Shown here piece after piece: positions 52,419-62,621 of a DNA stretch of 64,000 nucleotides. The notes beneath the pieces were generated by a model. The model had not been told where the DNA came from. It worked only from the letters and a program-made list of their open reading frames with translations, and made no database searches. The DNA lies in assembly GCA_965217185.1 (NCBI GenBank), contig OZ244252.1, positions 2,208,001 to 2,272,000 on the forward strand. The letters are read 5' to 3'. Source of the DNA: an uncultured Candidatus Entotheonella sp. (GTDB lineage Bacteria; Tectomicrobia; Entotheonellia; Entotheonellales; Entotheonellaceae). Each line of letters starts with the position of its first letter. Within the stretch, counting starts at the first letter, position 1. A program made the translations under genes and the position numbers.

Positions 52419-53110
52419 GTGAAGCGGCGGCTCTGGGAGGTCCACACAACGCAGCGCTACCGAACGGCAGGTGATTTTCGAGACCGGCACGGCAGTCTCG
52501 GGTACGAGAGCATGCTCGGCGTCACCGGCAGCAGCTTTCTCCCAGGGACGGGGCTGCTGAGAGCCGGTGTGGATTACGCACACACCCGGTTTGCGTTCGC
52601 TTCGGATACCCGGCTGGGCGCGGCAGGATCAGAGCCCTTCCGACACGTCCAAGAAGTCCGGCTGTCCGCCCAGCTTCTCACCCCGCTGTCAAAAACGTGG
52701 AGCAGTCAATTGTTCGGTGCCGTGATCAACGCCTTCGAGTCCGGGGCCGCGCTGGACGACGTCCTCAGCGGCATCGCGGGGCTGGGGGTGATGTACCGCT
52801 CTTCCGAGCGCTTATCCATCGGACTCGGCGCACTCCTCCTGCGCCCGTTGGGAAATCGGGAGATCATCGTTGTGCCCATCGCACTGGTGAATTGGCAGGT
52901 GACGGACCGCTTGACGCTGCGCAGCCGCGAGGATATCACGCTCACCTTACCTGCTTGATCCGCGGCGACGCCTGTCGGTGGCAGCCGTGGCGTCGTTTTT
53001 TGACCGCAAGCAATTTCGGCTGGATGAAAGGGGAGTGATTCTGGACGGCGTTGCCGAGCTCAAGGGCTTCGAGGTTGGCAGCCGGGTTACCTGGGAGCCG
53101 TCCCCGGACC
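52419..53110 (+). pseudogene. Outer-membrane beta-barrel (DUF6268-like) remnant, frameshifted near 52948 and apparently truncated
   Basis: Amphipathic strands (LSIGLG, PIALVNWQVTDRLTL, QFRLD). Removing one T joins ITLT to YLLDPRRRLSV. Confidence 0.55.
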
Positions 53111-53427
53111 TCATCCACCGCATCCTGCTCCGTCTCCACCAGTTCCGATTGTGTCCAGACAACGGGGTCAGCCTCGCCGGGTTGCGTCAGGGTCACGCCA
53201 CCGTCCGGGGCCAACGCCAGCGAAAAGTCGGGGGCGTTGGCAAGAACATATACCGCGGCGGCGTTTCTCTGGGCACGGTAGCACTTCGCCAACGCGTCGC
53301 GCGACCGCGCCAGTTCATGCAGCCTGCCGGCCCTCGCCAGGTTCCGAAGATGCCCTTCGATAAAAACCCGCACGTCAGAGGCCAATGCCGCCCGTTGCCC
53401 GGATTCACTCCGATAGCCCAAAGTCAT
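52942..53427 (-). CDS. Hypothetical protein, possibly truncated and reading into the barrel remnant
   Basis: ATG 53427 after a purine-rich RBS; protein-like to about 53100; no family recognised. Confidence 0.3.
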   Translation of the reverse strand: MTLGYRSESGQRAALASDVRVFIEGHLRNLARAGRLHELARSRDALAKCYRAQRNAAAVYVLANAPDFSLALAPDGGVTLTQPGEADPVVWTQSELVETEQDAVDEVRGRLPGNPAANLEALELGNAVQNHSPFIQPKLLAVKKRRHGCHRQASPRIKQVR

Positions 53428-53748
53428 GCCCCTTTCCCCGACGTGCCGCAATGCATCATCTTTTGACCGAAACCGATAACAAGCCGGGTGGCGACTACCC
53501 CGACCGCGGAGTACTATCACAGAGTCCAGTTCTTAGACGTACCTCAAATGGGGGGATTGGGGACGGCGGATAAGGGTTGTTGGAGAACGCAATCCGCTCT
53601 GGTTCAGGTGGTCCGGGGCCATCTGGCGTAGGAGGGCTCGACTTGCAGATAGAACGGCAGGTAAAAACTGGGGTGTCGGCTTAACGGCTTAACGGTTAGA
53701 GTGTGGAGCCTCTGTCCGTGACCTTCTCCGTCCCAACAGTACACGCGC

Positions 53749-54897
53749 TCAGCTTCCGGACCCTGAAACCTCGGTTATCGACAGCACCAGACGCACTAGG
53801 TCCGCCTGCCGAGAGATGCCTAGTTTGCGGTACATCCGCTTGACGTGCCAACGGATGGAGCTTTCCTGACGGCCCGTCGCCGCGGCAATGTCGCGCACAC
53901 TGCTGCCTTCGGCTAACGATACCGCCACCCGGCTCTCCGAAGGCGTGAGCCCCAGGGCTGATGCCACGAGGTCCGGGTCGATGCTCGACTGGCTACCCGG
54001 GTCTACAATTAGCACCAAGGCGCCAACGCTTCGGGCACCGAAATCCATCTGGCGAACGGTCACGGGATTGACGTGCAACGCCAGTCGCGGCACACCGGGC
54101 GAGCGCCTGATCATCATTGAACCGCTAGCGGCCTCAACGTAGAGGCTCGGCAGCGCGCGTGCCAACAGTTGCTTGAGATTGGTATCGTCCGCAGGCAACC
54201 AGGCGCGCAAGAGACCGCCCTGGTCCGACAGCCCATCGCCTCGGCGGAGGATGTCGCGGGCACGGTCATTGGCTACGGCGATCCTCCCCCGTCGGTCCAG
54301 GTGGATGACCCCGACTCGTTTGTTGGCGAGCAGCTCGGTATGAGACGCGCCCATGGCTGCAGCGTTGGCCAGCGCCTGCCGGACGTAAACGAATTGGCGG
54401 ATATGGGGCAGAAGTCGCTGGATCATCTCAAATTGAGAGGACCACCAATTGCCTGGGTCGGTGGGGTCACAAAACCCCAAGGAGATACGTGATCCCTGGG
54501 GCCCGTCCAGACGCACCTGCAAGCTATTCTGGCCGCTGGACCGGGGCAGCCACTCGTTGTAGATTGGAGAGGTCTTCAACTCCTGTTCGGTGAAGAGGTC
54601 GGCGACGTGAACCACGCGGCTGTCTGGCAATTGCCTGACGCGCGGCACGCGCTCGTCATGGGGGTAGTAGTTCTCCATGTATTCCCGTTCCAGTTCTGGG
54701 TGGCGCTGATCCCGATAGAACAGCCTCCCAAAAAGAACCCTGGCGTCGTGCCCAAAGCCTTCGCTGATCCACAGCCCCATACCCTTCGTTCCGCAGGCGT
54801 CGTTGATCAAAGCAGACGCCGCGGGCCAATAGGCGTCGTCCAGTGTGGCGTCGTGCAAAGTCGACAGCACACCCTCGAATACGTCCTGCACGCTCAT
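53749..54897 (-). CDS. GAF/PAS-like + LuxR-HTH transcriptional regulator, copy 1
   Basis: GVIHLDRRGRI..ANDRA; LGLTPSESRVA..LAEG.S..DIA......SIRWHVKR.YRKLGISRQADLV. Confidence 0.88.
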   Translation of the reverse strand: MSVQDVFEGVLSTLHDATLDDAYWPAASALINDACGTKGMGLWISEGFGHDARVLFGRLFYRDQRHPELEREYMENYYPHDERVPRVRQLPDSRVVHVADLFTEQELKTSPIYNEWLPRSSGQNSLQVRLDGPQGSRISLGFCDPTDPGNWWSSQFEMIQRLLPHIRQFVYVRQALANAAAMGASHTELLANKRVGVIHLDRRGRIAVANDRARDILRRGDGLSDQGGLLRAWLPADDTNLKQLLARALPSLYVEAASGSMMIRRSPGVPRLALHVNPVTVRQMDFGARSVGALVLIVDPGSQSSIDPDLVASALGLTPSESRVAVSLAEGSSVRDIAAATGRQESSIRWHVKRMYRKLGISRQADLVRLVLSITEVSGSGS

Positions 54898-55564
54898 GAC
54901 GACCCCTCCTTTCCGGCTCCTGAGCATAGCCCTCCATGTCGTCGGCTTCGTGATGGACCGCTTGCCCTCTGTTCACCCACTTCCCAGCTAGCAAGACAGG
55001 ACCCGACTCCTCCGTACCATTAGGATCGTTGGTTGAAGCACTGCTAGGGTCATTGACTAAGTCGTGAGCTTCGAATCCGGGTATCCCAGTCCGGATGTTC
55101 CATCAGATCGTGCCGGAGTTCTATACCAGAATCGACCATTGCCAGCCCCTCAAAAAAAGGGGGCATAGTGGGTCAGGATGACGGAGACGGTAAAGGCACA
55201 AGACTCTAGGCATGCCAAGTGAGGTGTTGTGGAAGTCATTTCCTTCGAAACTGTCCTTGAATTCCAAGTCAGGAATTCAATGCAGGACGGCAGGATCAAC
55301 TTGGAGAAGTGCTGTGCTGGAGGCAGTTGCAGATTTGCAACAGGAGGGTGCCGTCTCGGCAAGGGTAGAAGAAGGCTGCCTTGGATGTGGAAGAGTTAAG
55401 TTGGAGAAAGCAACCTGTTCTGGTTCAGGGAGTCTGGACCCATTTGGGGGGAGAAGGCTCGACCACGGAAAAGAGGGCGGTGGAAAACCGGTATCGGCTC
55501 AGCTATAGGAGCGTGGCGCCTCTGACTGCAACCCTTGCGGGTCCAGCATCGGCCTTATTCAGGG

Positions 55565-56707
55565 TCAGGATTCAGAGAATTCAGCGATCGACAGTACCAG
55601 ACGCACCAGATCCGCCTGCCGAGAGATGCCTAGTTTGCGGTATATCCGCTTGATGTGCCAACGGATGGAGCTTTCCTGACGGCCCGTCGCTGCGGCAATG
55701 TCGCGCACGCTGGCGCCCTCGGCTAACGATACCGCCACCCGGCTCTCCGAAGGCGTGAGCCCCAGGGCTGATGCCACGAGGTCCGGGTCGATGCTTGACT
55801 GGCTACCCGGGTCTGCAATCAGCACCAAGGCGCCAACGCTGCGAGCACCGAAGTCCATCTGGCGAACGGTCACGGGATTGACGTGTAACGTCAGTCGCGG
55901 CAGACCGGGCGAGCGCCTGATCATCATTGAACCGCTGACGGCCTCAACGTAGAGGGTCGGCAGCGCGCGTTCCAACAGTTGCTTGAGATTGGCGTCGTCT
56001 GCAGGCAACCAGGCGCGCAGGAGACCGCCCTGATCCGACAGCCCATCGCTTCGGCGGAGGATGTCGCGGGCACGGTCATTCGCCGTAGCGACCCTCCCCC
56101 GTCGGTCCAGGTGGATGACCCCGACTCGTTTGTTGGCGAGCAGCTCGGTATGAGACGCGCCCATGGCTTCAGCGTTGGCCAGCGCCTGCCGAACGTAGAC
56201 GAATTGGCGGATATGGGGCAGAAGTCGCTGGATCATTTGGAGATGGTCGGATCCCCAGCCACTTGGATGAGTAGGATCAAAAAAACCCAAGGCGATGCGG
56301 GAACCATGTGGCCCGTCCAGACGCAGGTTCAAGCCGTTCTGGCCATCGGACCGGGGCAGCCACTCGTTGTAGGTCGGAGAGGTCTTTGACTCCTGTTCGG
56401 TGTAGAGGTCGGCGACGTGAACCACGCGGCTGTCCGGCAACTGCCTGACGCGCGGCACGCGCTCGTCCTGGGGGTGGTAGATTTCGACGTATTCCCGTTC
56501 CAGTTCCGGGTGGCGTTGATCCCGGTAGTAAAGGTTCCCGAAGAGGACTCTGGCGTCGTGCCCAAAACCTTCGCTGACCAGTAGCGCCATACCCTTCGTT
56601 CCGCAGGCGTCATGTATCAGGGCAGACGCCGCGGGCCAATAGGCGTCGTCCAGCGTGGCGTCGTGCAGGGACGCCAGCACGCGCCCGAACGCGTCCTGCG
56701 CGCTCAT
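55565..56707 (-). CDS. GAF/PAS-like + LuxR-HTH transcriptional regulator, copy 2
   Basis: Paralog of 53749-54897. Confidence 0.88.
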   Translation of the reverse strand: MSAQDAFGRVLASLHDATLDDAYWPAASALIHDACGTKGMALLVSEGFGHDARVLFGNLYYRDQRHPELEREYVEIYHPQDERVPRVRQLPDSRVVHVADLYTEQESKTSPTYNEWLPRSDGQNGLNLRLDGPHGSRIALGFFDPTHPSGWGSDHLQMIQRLLPHIRQFVYVRQALANAEAMGASHTELLANKRVGVIHLDRRGRVATANDRARDILRRSDGLSDQGGLLRAWLPADDANLKQLLERALPTLYVEAVSGSMMIRRSPGLPRLTLHVNPVTVRQMDFGARSVGALVLIADPGSQSSIDPDLVASALGLTPSESRVAVSLAEGASVRDIAAATGRQESSIRWHIKRIYRKLGISRQADLVRLVLSIAEFSES

Positions 56708-57432
56708 GACGCCCCCTCTCTTTCAGGCCCGCGAGTGTGGTCCTTCGCGCCATCGCCTTTGCTGTGGACCGCCTGCCCTTTGTTTACCCATTTCCCAATT
56801 ACCACGATGGGACTTGATTTCTCCATGCCGCTTACGTAGTTGGCTGTGGATTCCCCCTTAATGTCATCTGCGCAAAGACTCGATCCCCACCCCGGGCCTT
56901 CGGCTCTATTCGCTGCCGCTATGGTTGTTGTCTCCTCGGCCATCGCAGATCGTTTCGTCTCCCCCGGGTCTCTTCTTCGAAAGCATCGCCACGGTCATTG
57001 TCCGAGTGACGAGTCCCCAACCCGGCTCTCTCAGCCCTGGATGTCCCACAGGTAATGCCAGAGTTCTATAACAGAACCGAACATTTCCGCCCCCCCTCAT
57101 ACAAGGGGAATGTGTGAACGGTGGGCAATGGAAAAGGCGACGGTTAAGGGGCAAGACTCACGCTGCAGTGGGTATTATCGTTTCTCCCGAAGCTACGTTG
57201 GAGGGACAGGACAGGGATATGGGGCAGGGCGGCAGGATCGATCTGGAGCAGTGCTTTGTTGAGGGCAGTTTCAAGAGCTACCGGAAGGAGGGGCCGGGTT
57301 CGGTAAGGGTTGCAGGAGCCTGACCTGAATCTGATTCAAAGTCATGACGATTGCAGACTGCGCTACAACGATTTATGAAATGACTTCCGGGTAAGACTGA
57401 CGTATGTGAAGATTCACATTTGGGCGTCAACC

Positions 57433-58998
57433 TCAGAACTGCTGTGACGCCCGTCGGAAGAACAAAGCCAGCGCAATACCGGCCAGCGAAATCACCACGA
57501 ACACCGCGAAACAATCGTTGAAGGCCAACAACAGCGCCTCTTGGTTAACGAACTGCCCCAGCAGGAATCTGGCATGGGTTGCCGGCGCCGAGGCGCCGCC
57601 GAGTTGCGTGGCGAGCGCTTCAAACACCCGAAGCCCGTGCTGCGTCCCGACTGCCGGCAGCGATTGCGTCTCGGCCAGCAACGCCTGATGGATCTGATAC
57701 CGTTGATCCAGCAGGGCCGCCAACAGCGACACCACCAGCGCGCCGCCGAGCACGATGCATAGGTTGAGGATCGTGGTGGCCGTTTTCCCCTGCGCCGCCG
57801 GCAGGCCGCTGATGCCAATCGGGTAGAGCACCGGATAGGACAGCCCCAGCCCCAGCCCGCGGCCAAAGTAAATCAGCAAGATGGCCGGCAGCGACAGCCG
57901 CAGGTCGGCGAACATCATCAGCGCTCCGAACGTGCCGTAGCACAGGTACCCCAGCACCATCAGCACGCGCGTGTCAATGCGGTCGCTGGCCCAGCCGGTG
58001 ACCGAGGTAACCAGGACCATGGACGCCGAGCTCGGGAACATGATCAACGCCGTGTGCCACACCGACAGGTCGTACGCCTGCTGCAGGAACAGCGATAGCA
58101 GAAACGGTCCGCCGTTGAACATCGCGCCGGCAATCAGGCCGAGGACAATCGCGATGGCGTAGGGCCGGCTGCGAAACGTGTCGAGGTCGATCAACGGCAC
58201 GCTGACGTACGACTCAAGCAGGAAAAACGCCAGCGAGGCCAAGCCGCAGATGGCAAATAACGCGACGATATACGTGCTGTCCCATCCCAGGCGTTGGCCG
58301 TCACTCAGCGCCAGGAGCAGGGCTACCAGGGCGGTGGACAGCGTCAGAAATCCCCACCAGTCAAGCGGCACGCCCGACTGGCGCGGCGACCGGCGCATGA
58401 TGAAGATGGCGATCAGCAGCGCCACAATTCCCGCCGGCAGGTTGAGGAAGAACGCCGCGCGCCAGCTCAGCCATTCGGTGACGAGGCCCCCCAGCGGAAT
58501 GCCCGTGAGCGCGCCGCACGATGCCCCCATGCCCCAAATGGCCGTGCCCAGACCGCGCTTTTCCGCCGGGAAGATGTCCAGCATCAACAGCATGGTTACC
58601 GGCATGATGACGCCGCCGCCAAGCCCCTGCACAACGCGCAGGCCGACCAGCAGCCAGACGTTGCCCACCAGGCTGCACAGCACCGCGCTACCGGTGAATA
58701 CCGTCAGCCCAACGATGTACAGCTCGCGGGCGCCCAGCGTCCGGCTGATCCAGCCGACGAGCGGAATCACCACCGCGTTGGCCAGCATGAATGCCGTGAC
58801 CACCCAGCGGATGGTCACCACGTCGGTGCTCAAATCGCTCATCATGTTGGGGATGACGATGTTAATCACGTGCACGTTGAGGACGCTGATATAGCCGCCC
58901 AGGACGATGGACGTCATGGACCAGAAGACGTAGCCGGAAGGATAGGACGAGGCGCTTTCGGTGGTGGGTGGGACAACTGCTCGGGGGCTTGTTTGCAT
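57433..58998 (-). CDS. DHA2-family MFS efflux transporter (EmrB/QacA-like)
   Basis: About 14 TM segments, WVVTAFMLA, RVVQGLGGG, LSWR..F.LNLP.G, AFNDCF. Confidence 0.9.
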   Translation of the reverse strand: MQTSPRAVVPPTTESASSYPSGYVFWSMTSIVLGGYISVLNVHVINIVIPNMMSDLSTDVVTIRWVVTAFMLANAVVIPLVGWISRTLGARELYIVGLTVFTGSAVLCSLVGNVWLLVGLRVVQGLGGGVIMPVTMLLMLDIFPAEKRGLGTAIWGMGASCGALTGIPLGGLVTEWLSWRAAFFLNLPAGIVALLIAIFIMRRSPRQSGVPLDWWGFLTLSTALVALLLALSDGQRLGWDSTYIVALFAICGLASLAFFLLESYVSVPLIDLDTFRSRPYAIAIVLGLIAGAMFNGGPFLLSLFLQQAYDLSVWHTALIMFPSSASMVLVTSVTGWASDRIDTRVLMVLGYLCYGTFGALMMFADLRLSLPAILLIYFGRGLGLGLSYPVLYPIGISGLPAAQGKTATTILNLCIVLGGALVVSLLAALLDQRYQIHQALLAETQSLPAVGTQHGLRVFEALATQLGGASAPATHARFLLGQFVNQEALLLAFNDCFAVFVVISLAGIALALFFRRASQQF

Positions 58999-59097
58999 GC
59001 TACAATAGTTTCTGATTCAAGGTGTTGACCTGCCCCAAGTCTACTAGGCGCCGCACCGGCGGACAAGCTGAACCCTGCGCCGCAGAGGAGTTGTGTC

Positions 59098-60531
59098 ATG
59101 TCCGATCCCATTGAAGCGTACTTCCGTCAAGCAGCCCCGGCGGTGGATTTCTGCTCCCTGCGTCTCGTCAGTGAGCGCTCCGAACTTCTCGTGGTGCGGC
59201 AGGACGTTTTGCAGCCGGTCGTCACTTCTGAGGACCGCGGCGCCATGCTCACCGTGTGGGACGGCGGCGGCATGGGCTACGCCGCCACCGGCGATCTGAG
59301 CCCGAGCGGCTTGCGCCAGGCGATTGACGAGGCGTGCCAGTGGGCCCGCCAAAGCGCCGCCCACAGCGTGGTGGACTTTTCGAAAATCGTCATGGAGCCA
59401 CCCCAGGGCGATTACGCCAGCCCGGAGATCGAACCCTGGCAGAGCGTCTCGCTGGCCGACAAGATCGACCTGCTGCAAGGCGAATGTGCCCGCCTCAACA
59501 TCGACCCGCGCATCGTCGACTGGGACGCCTCGCTGTGGCACACCGACGTTGACACCCTTTACCTCACCGCCGACGGCGGGCGCGTGCACCAATTGTTCCG
59601 CACCCTCGTGCCGTCGCTCAGCGCCACCGCCAACGATGGCCCGGAAACGCAGACCCGCACCTTCGGCGGGCGCGGCTATTGCCGCCAAGGCGGCCTCGAG
59701 GTTCTCGGCCACCTCGGTTTCCGCCAGGCCGCGCCGCGTATTGCCGAGGAAGCCATCCAACTGCTTCTGGCGCCCAATTGCCCCTCCGACACCATGGACG
59801 TGCTGCTGGCCCCCGACCAGATGATCCTGCAAATCCACGAGTCGATCGGCCACCCGCTGGAACTCGACCGCATCCTCGGCGACGAGCGAAACTACGCCGG
59901 CACCAGCTTCGTCACCCCCGACATGTTCGGCACCTACCGTTACGGCTCCGACCTCCTCAACGTCACCTTCGATCCCACCCAGCCGGAAGCGTTCGCCAGC
60001 TACGGGTTCGACGACGACGGCCAGCCGGCGCAGCATGCCTATCTCATCCGCAACGGCATCCTGCAGCGCGCCCTCGGCGGCCTTACCTCGCAGGTGCGCG
60101 CCGACGTACCGGGCGTGGCGACCTCGCGCGCCTGTAGCTGGAACCGCCCGCCGATCGACCGCATGGCAAACCTCAACCTCGAGCCGGGCGACGCCGGCCT
60201 CGACGCCATGATCGCCGCCGTGAAGCGCGGAATTTTCATGCGGACGAACTGCTCCTGGTCTATCGACGACTCACGCAACAAATTCCAGTTCGGCTGCGAG
60301 TGGGGGCAGTTGATCGAAGACGGGCGTCTGACCACGGTGGTGAAGAAGCCGAACTACCGAGGCATTTCGGCGACCTTCTGGCGCAATCTGGCGATGGTGG
60401 GCAACCGGAGCACCCTGGAAATCATGGGGACGCCGTTCTGCGGCAAAGGCGAGCCCAATCAGATGATCCGCGTCGGGCACGCCTCCCCGGCCTGCCTGTT
60501 CACCAACGTTGAGGTTTTCGGGGGAGAATAG
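59098..60531 (+). CDS. tldD: TldD-family metalloprotease
   Basis: QIHESIGHPLELDR, FDDDG, PPIDRMANL, CGKGEP.Q...VGH.SP. Confidence 0.93.
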   Translation: MSDPIEAYFRQAAPAVDFCSLRLVSERSELLVVRQDVLQPVVTSEDRGAMLTVWDGGGMGYAATGDLSPSGLRQAIDEACQWARQSAAHSVVDFSKIVMEPPQGDYASPEIEPWQSVSLADKIDLLQGECARLNIDPRIVDWDASLWHTDVDTLYLTADGGRVHQLFRTLVPSLSATANDGPETQTRTFGGRGYCRQGGLEVLGHLGFRQAAPRIAEEAIQLLLAPNCPSDTMDVLLAPDQMILQIHESIGHPLELDRILGDERNYAGTSFVTPDMFGTYRYGSDLLNVTFDPTQPEAFASYGFDDDGQPAQHAYLIRNGILQRALGGLTSQVRADVPGVATSRACSWNRPPIDRMANLNLEPGDAGLDAMIAAVKRGIFMRTNCSWSIDDSRNKFQFGCEWGQLIEDGRLTTVVKKPNYRGISATFWRNLAMVGNRSTLEIMGTPFCGKGEPNQMIRVGHASPACLFTNVEVFGGE

Positions 60532-60537
60532 GACGCG

Positions 60538-61860
60538 ATGCAGGATTATTTTCACGCCTTGGCGGACACCATCACCGCCCACCTGCGCGGCCGAGAAGTG
60601 TATACCTGCACCTTTCGCGGCGAGGATTCCGACTTCGTGCGCTTCAACCGCAGCGCCGTGCGGCAGGCGGGCACCGTGCGCCAGCGCGCCCTGAGCCTTG
60701 ACCTCATCGAGGGGCAACGGCACGCTGCCGGCAACGTGGTCCTGTCGGGCGACCTGCAACAGGACGGCGCCCGCGTCACTCGGCTACTGGAAGGGCTGCG
60801 CGAGCAATTGCCGTTTCTCCCCGAAGACCCGCACCTGCTCTACGCCACCGAGGTGCGCTCCAGCACCGCGGCGGGCCGCAGCGAGTTGCCGGAACGCGCC
60901 GAGGCGGTGGACGCCATTTTGCGGGCCGGGCGCGGACGCGATCTCGTTGGCCTCTACGCCGCCGGGGGGATTTACGTCGGGTTTGCCAATGCCTTCGGAC
61001 AGCGTAACTGGTTCGCCAGCTATAATTTCAACTGCGATTGGAGCTTTTATTTCCAGGGCGACAAGGCCGTCAAGACCGCCTACGCCGGGCTGCGCTGGGA
61101 AGCCGATGCCTTCGAGCGCCAGGTGGACGCTGCCGCCGCGCAACTGGAATCGCTGGGTCAACCGCCGAGAACCATCCCGCCGGGAAACTATCGGGTCTAC
61201 TTGGCGCCGGCCGCGGTTGCCGACATCCTCGACATGCTGGCCTGGGGCGGCTTTGGTCTCAAGGCGCATCGCACCAAACGGACGGCCCTGGTGCAAATGA
61301 CGGAGTCGGACCGGCGCCTGCACCCGGAGGTCACCCTGCGCGAGAACACCCGCGAGGGCGTAGCGCCAAGCTTCGATACCGCCGGTTTTATCAAGCCCCA
61401 TCAGGTTACCCTGATCGACGCCGGCGGCCTGGGTGATTGCCTGGTTTCCGCGCGCTCGGGCAAGGAATACGGCGTGCCCACCAACGGCGCCGGCAGCGGC
61501 GAGGCGCCCGAATCCCTGGACATGGCGGCAGGCCAGATACCGGCGCAGCAGGTCTTGGCGCAACTCGACACCGGCGTCTACGTCAACAACGTCTGGTACC
61601 TCAACTACTCCGACCGCGCCTCGGCCCGCATTACCGGGATGACTCGCTTTGCCACCTTCTGGGTGGAAAGCGGCGCGATTCAGGCGCCCCTGAACGTCAT
61701 GCGCTTCGACGAGTCCATCTACCGAATATTCGGGGACAACTTGCTGGGACTGACTGACGAACGGGCGTTCCTGCTGGATGGCAGCACCTACCGCCGCCGT
61801 TCCACGGGCAGCAGCCGGGTACCCGGCGCCTTGGTGCGGGACTTTACCTTTACGTTGTGA
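60538..61860 (+). CDS. TldE/PmbA-family protein
   Basis: RFNRSAVRQ, PGNYRVYLAP.A, TGMTRFATFWVE.G; lacks HExxH; directly follows tldD. Confidence 0.88.
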   Translation: MQDYFHALADTITAHLRGREVYTCTFRGEDSDFVRFNRSAVRQAGTVRQRALSLDLIEGQRHAAGNVVLSGDLQQDGARVTRLLEGLREQLPFLPEDPHLLYATEVRSSTAAGRSELPERAEAVDAILRAGRGRDLVGLYAAGGIYVGFANAFGQRNWFASYNFNCDWSFYFQGDKAVKTAYAGLRWEADAFERQVDAAAAQLESLGQPPRTIPPGNYRVYLAPAAVADILDMLAWGGFGLKAHRTKRTALVQMTESDRRLHPEVTLRENTREGVAPSFDTAGFIKPHQVTLIDAGGLGDCLVSARSGKEYGVPTNGAGSGEAPESLDMAAGQIPAQQVLAQLDTGVYVNNVWYLNYSDRASARITGMTRFATFWVESGAIQAPLNVMRFDESIYRIFGDNLLGLTDERAFLLDGSTYRRRSTGSSRVPGALVRDFTFTL

Positions 61861-61902
61861 GTTCGGATTCGGCTAACCGCCTTCACCGGGAGGGGCAGCG
61901 GC

Positions 61903-62574
61903 ATGGCACAGGTCAAACAGGTACGGGTCGTTCGCAACCTTATCGGCTTCGGGCTGCTGTGCGCCGGCCTGATCTGGTTGCTTGGCGACCGAGTTTGGCA
62001 GGCGCCTGACGCCATGGGCTTGGGCGCGGCGACGGCTATTCCCGTCGCGCTGTTACACTGGCGCTATCTGGCCCGACGCATCACGCGACGCGACCGGCGC
62101 TACGAGCGCAACAAAATTCCCGTCGGCTACCTCAGTGCCTTCGAAGCTCTCGCCGCAACGTTCATCTACAGCTACTATCTGGCCATCCCGGCGGTCCTCG
62201 GTGCCGTGTTGGTCGTCGTGACCGCAAGCCTGTCAGGCCACTGGTGGACGGTATTGGGCGCCAGCTGCGGGTTGGCGTGGACGGCGATTCTGACCGGCCG
62301 CATCCTGGCTTACGAATGGCGGCACGGGGCGCTGTTTTATCAGTACGACAACAGCAACTGGACCGGCGCCGAGGGTATGTTCTATCAATGCGGCACGGTG
62401 GTGCAGCCGCTTACCCCGGCAGGCAAGGTGAACATGCCGGGCGGCGTGTTGTGGAACGCGGTTTCGCAGAGCGGCGAGACGATTGACAGCGGTGAACCGG
62501 TTGAAGTGATTGGGGTACAGCGCCTGACGCTGTACGTCGACCGGCTGCCCGGCACGACCGGTCCCGACGGATAA
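61903..62574 (+). CDS. NfeD-like membrane protein
   Basis: TM helices, then G.VVQPLTPAGKV....VLWNAVS..GE.I..GE.VEV..V..LTL.V OB-fold. Confidence 0.78.
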   Translation: MAQVKQVRVVRNLIGFGLLCAGLIWLLGDRVWQAPDAMGLGAATAIPVALLHWRYLARRITRRDRRYERNKIPVGYLSAFEALAATFIYSYYLAIPAVLGAVLVVVTASLSGHWWTVLGASCGLAWTAILTGRILAYEWRHGALFYQYDNSNWTGAEGMFYQCGTVVQPLTPAGKVNMPGGVLWNAVSQSGETIDSGEPVEVIGVQRLTLYVDRLPGTTGPDG

Positions 62575-62621
62575 GGAGAACCAACCGGCAGGCTGCAAGG
62601 CTTGCGCAGGAGAAGGCATCT

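Larger units (their letters stand above)
53580..57165. repeat. Tandem duplication of the LuxR regulator with flanks (about 53580-55215 and 55400-57165)
   Basis: Near-identical CDSs 1810 nt apart; recognisable but more diverged downstream and upstream flanks. Confidence 0.9.

Noticed and set aside
59098..61860. tldD/tldE as a marker of a RiPP cluster
   Set aside because: No precursor peptide or modifying enzymes nearby; TldDE is widespread housekeeping.
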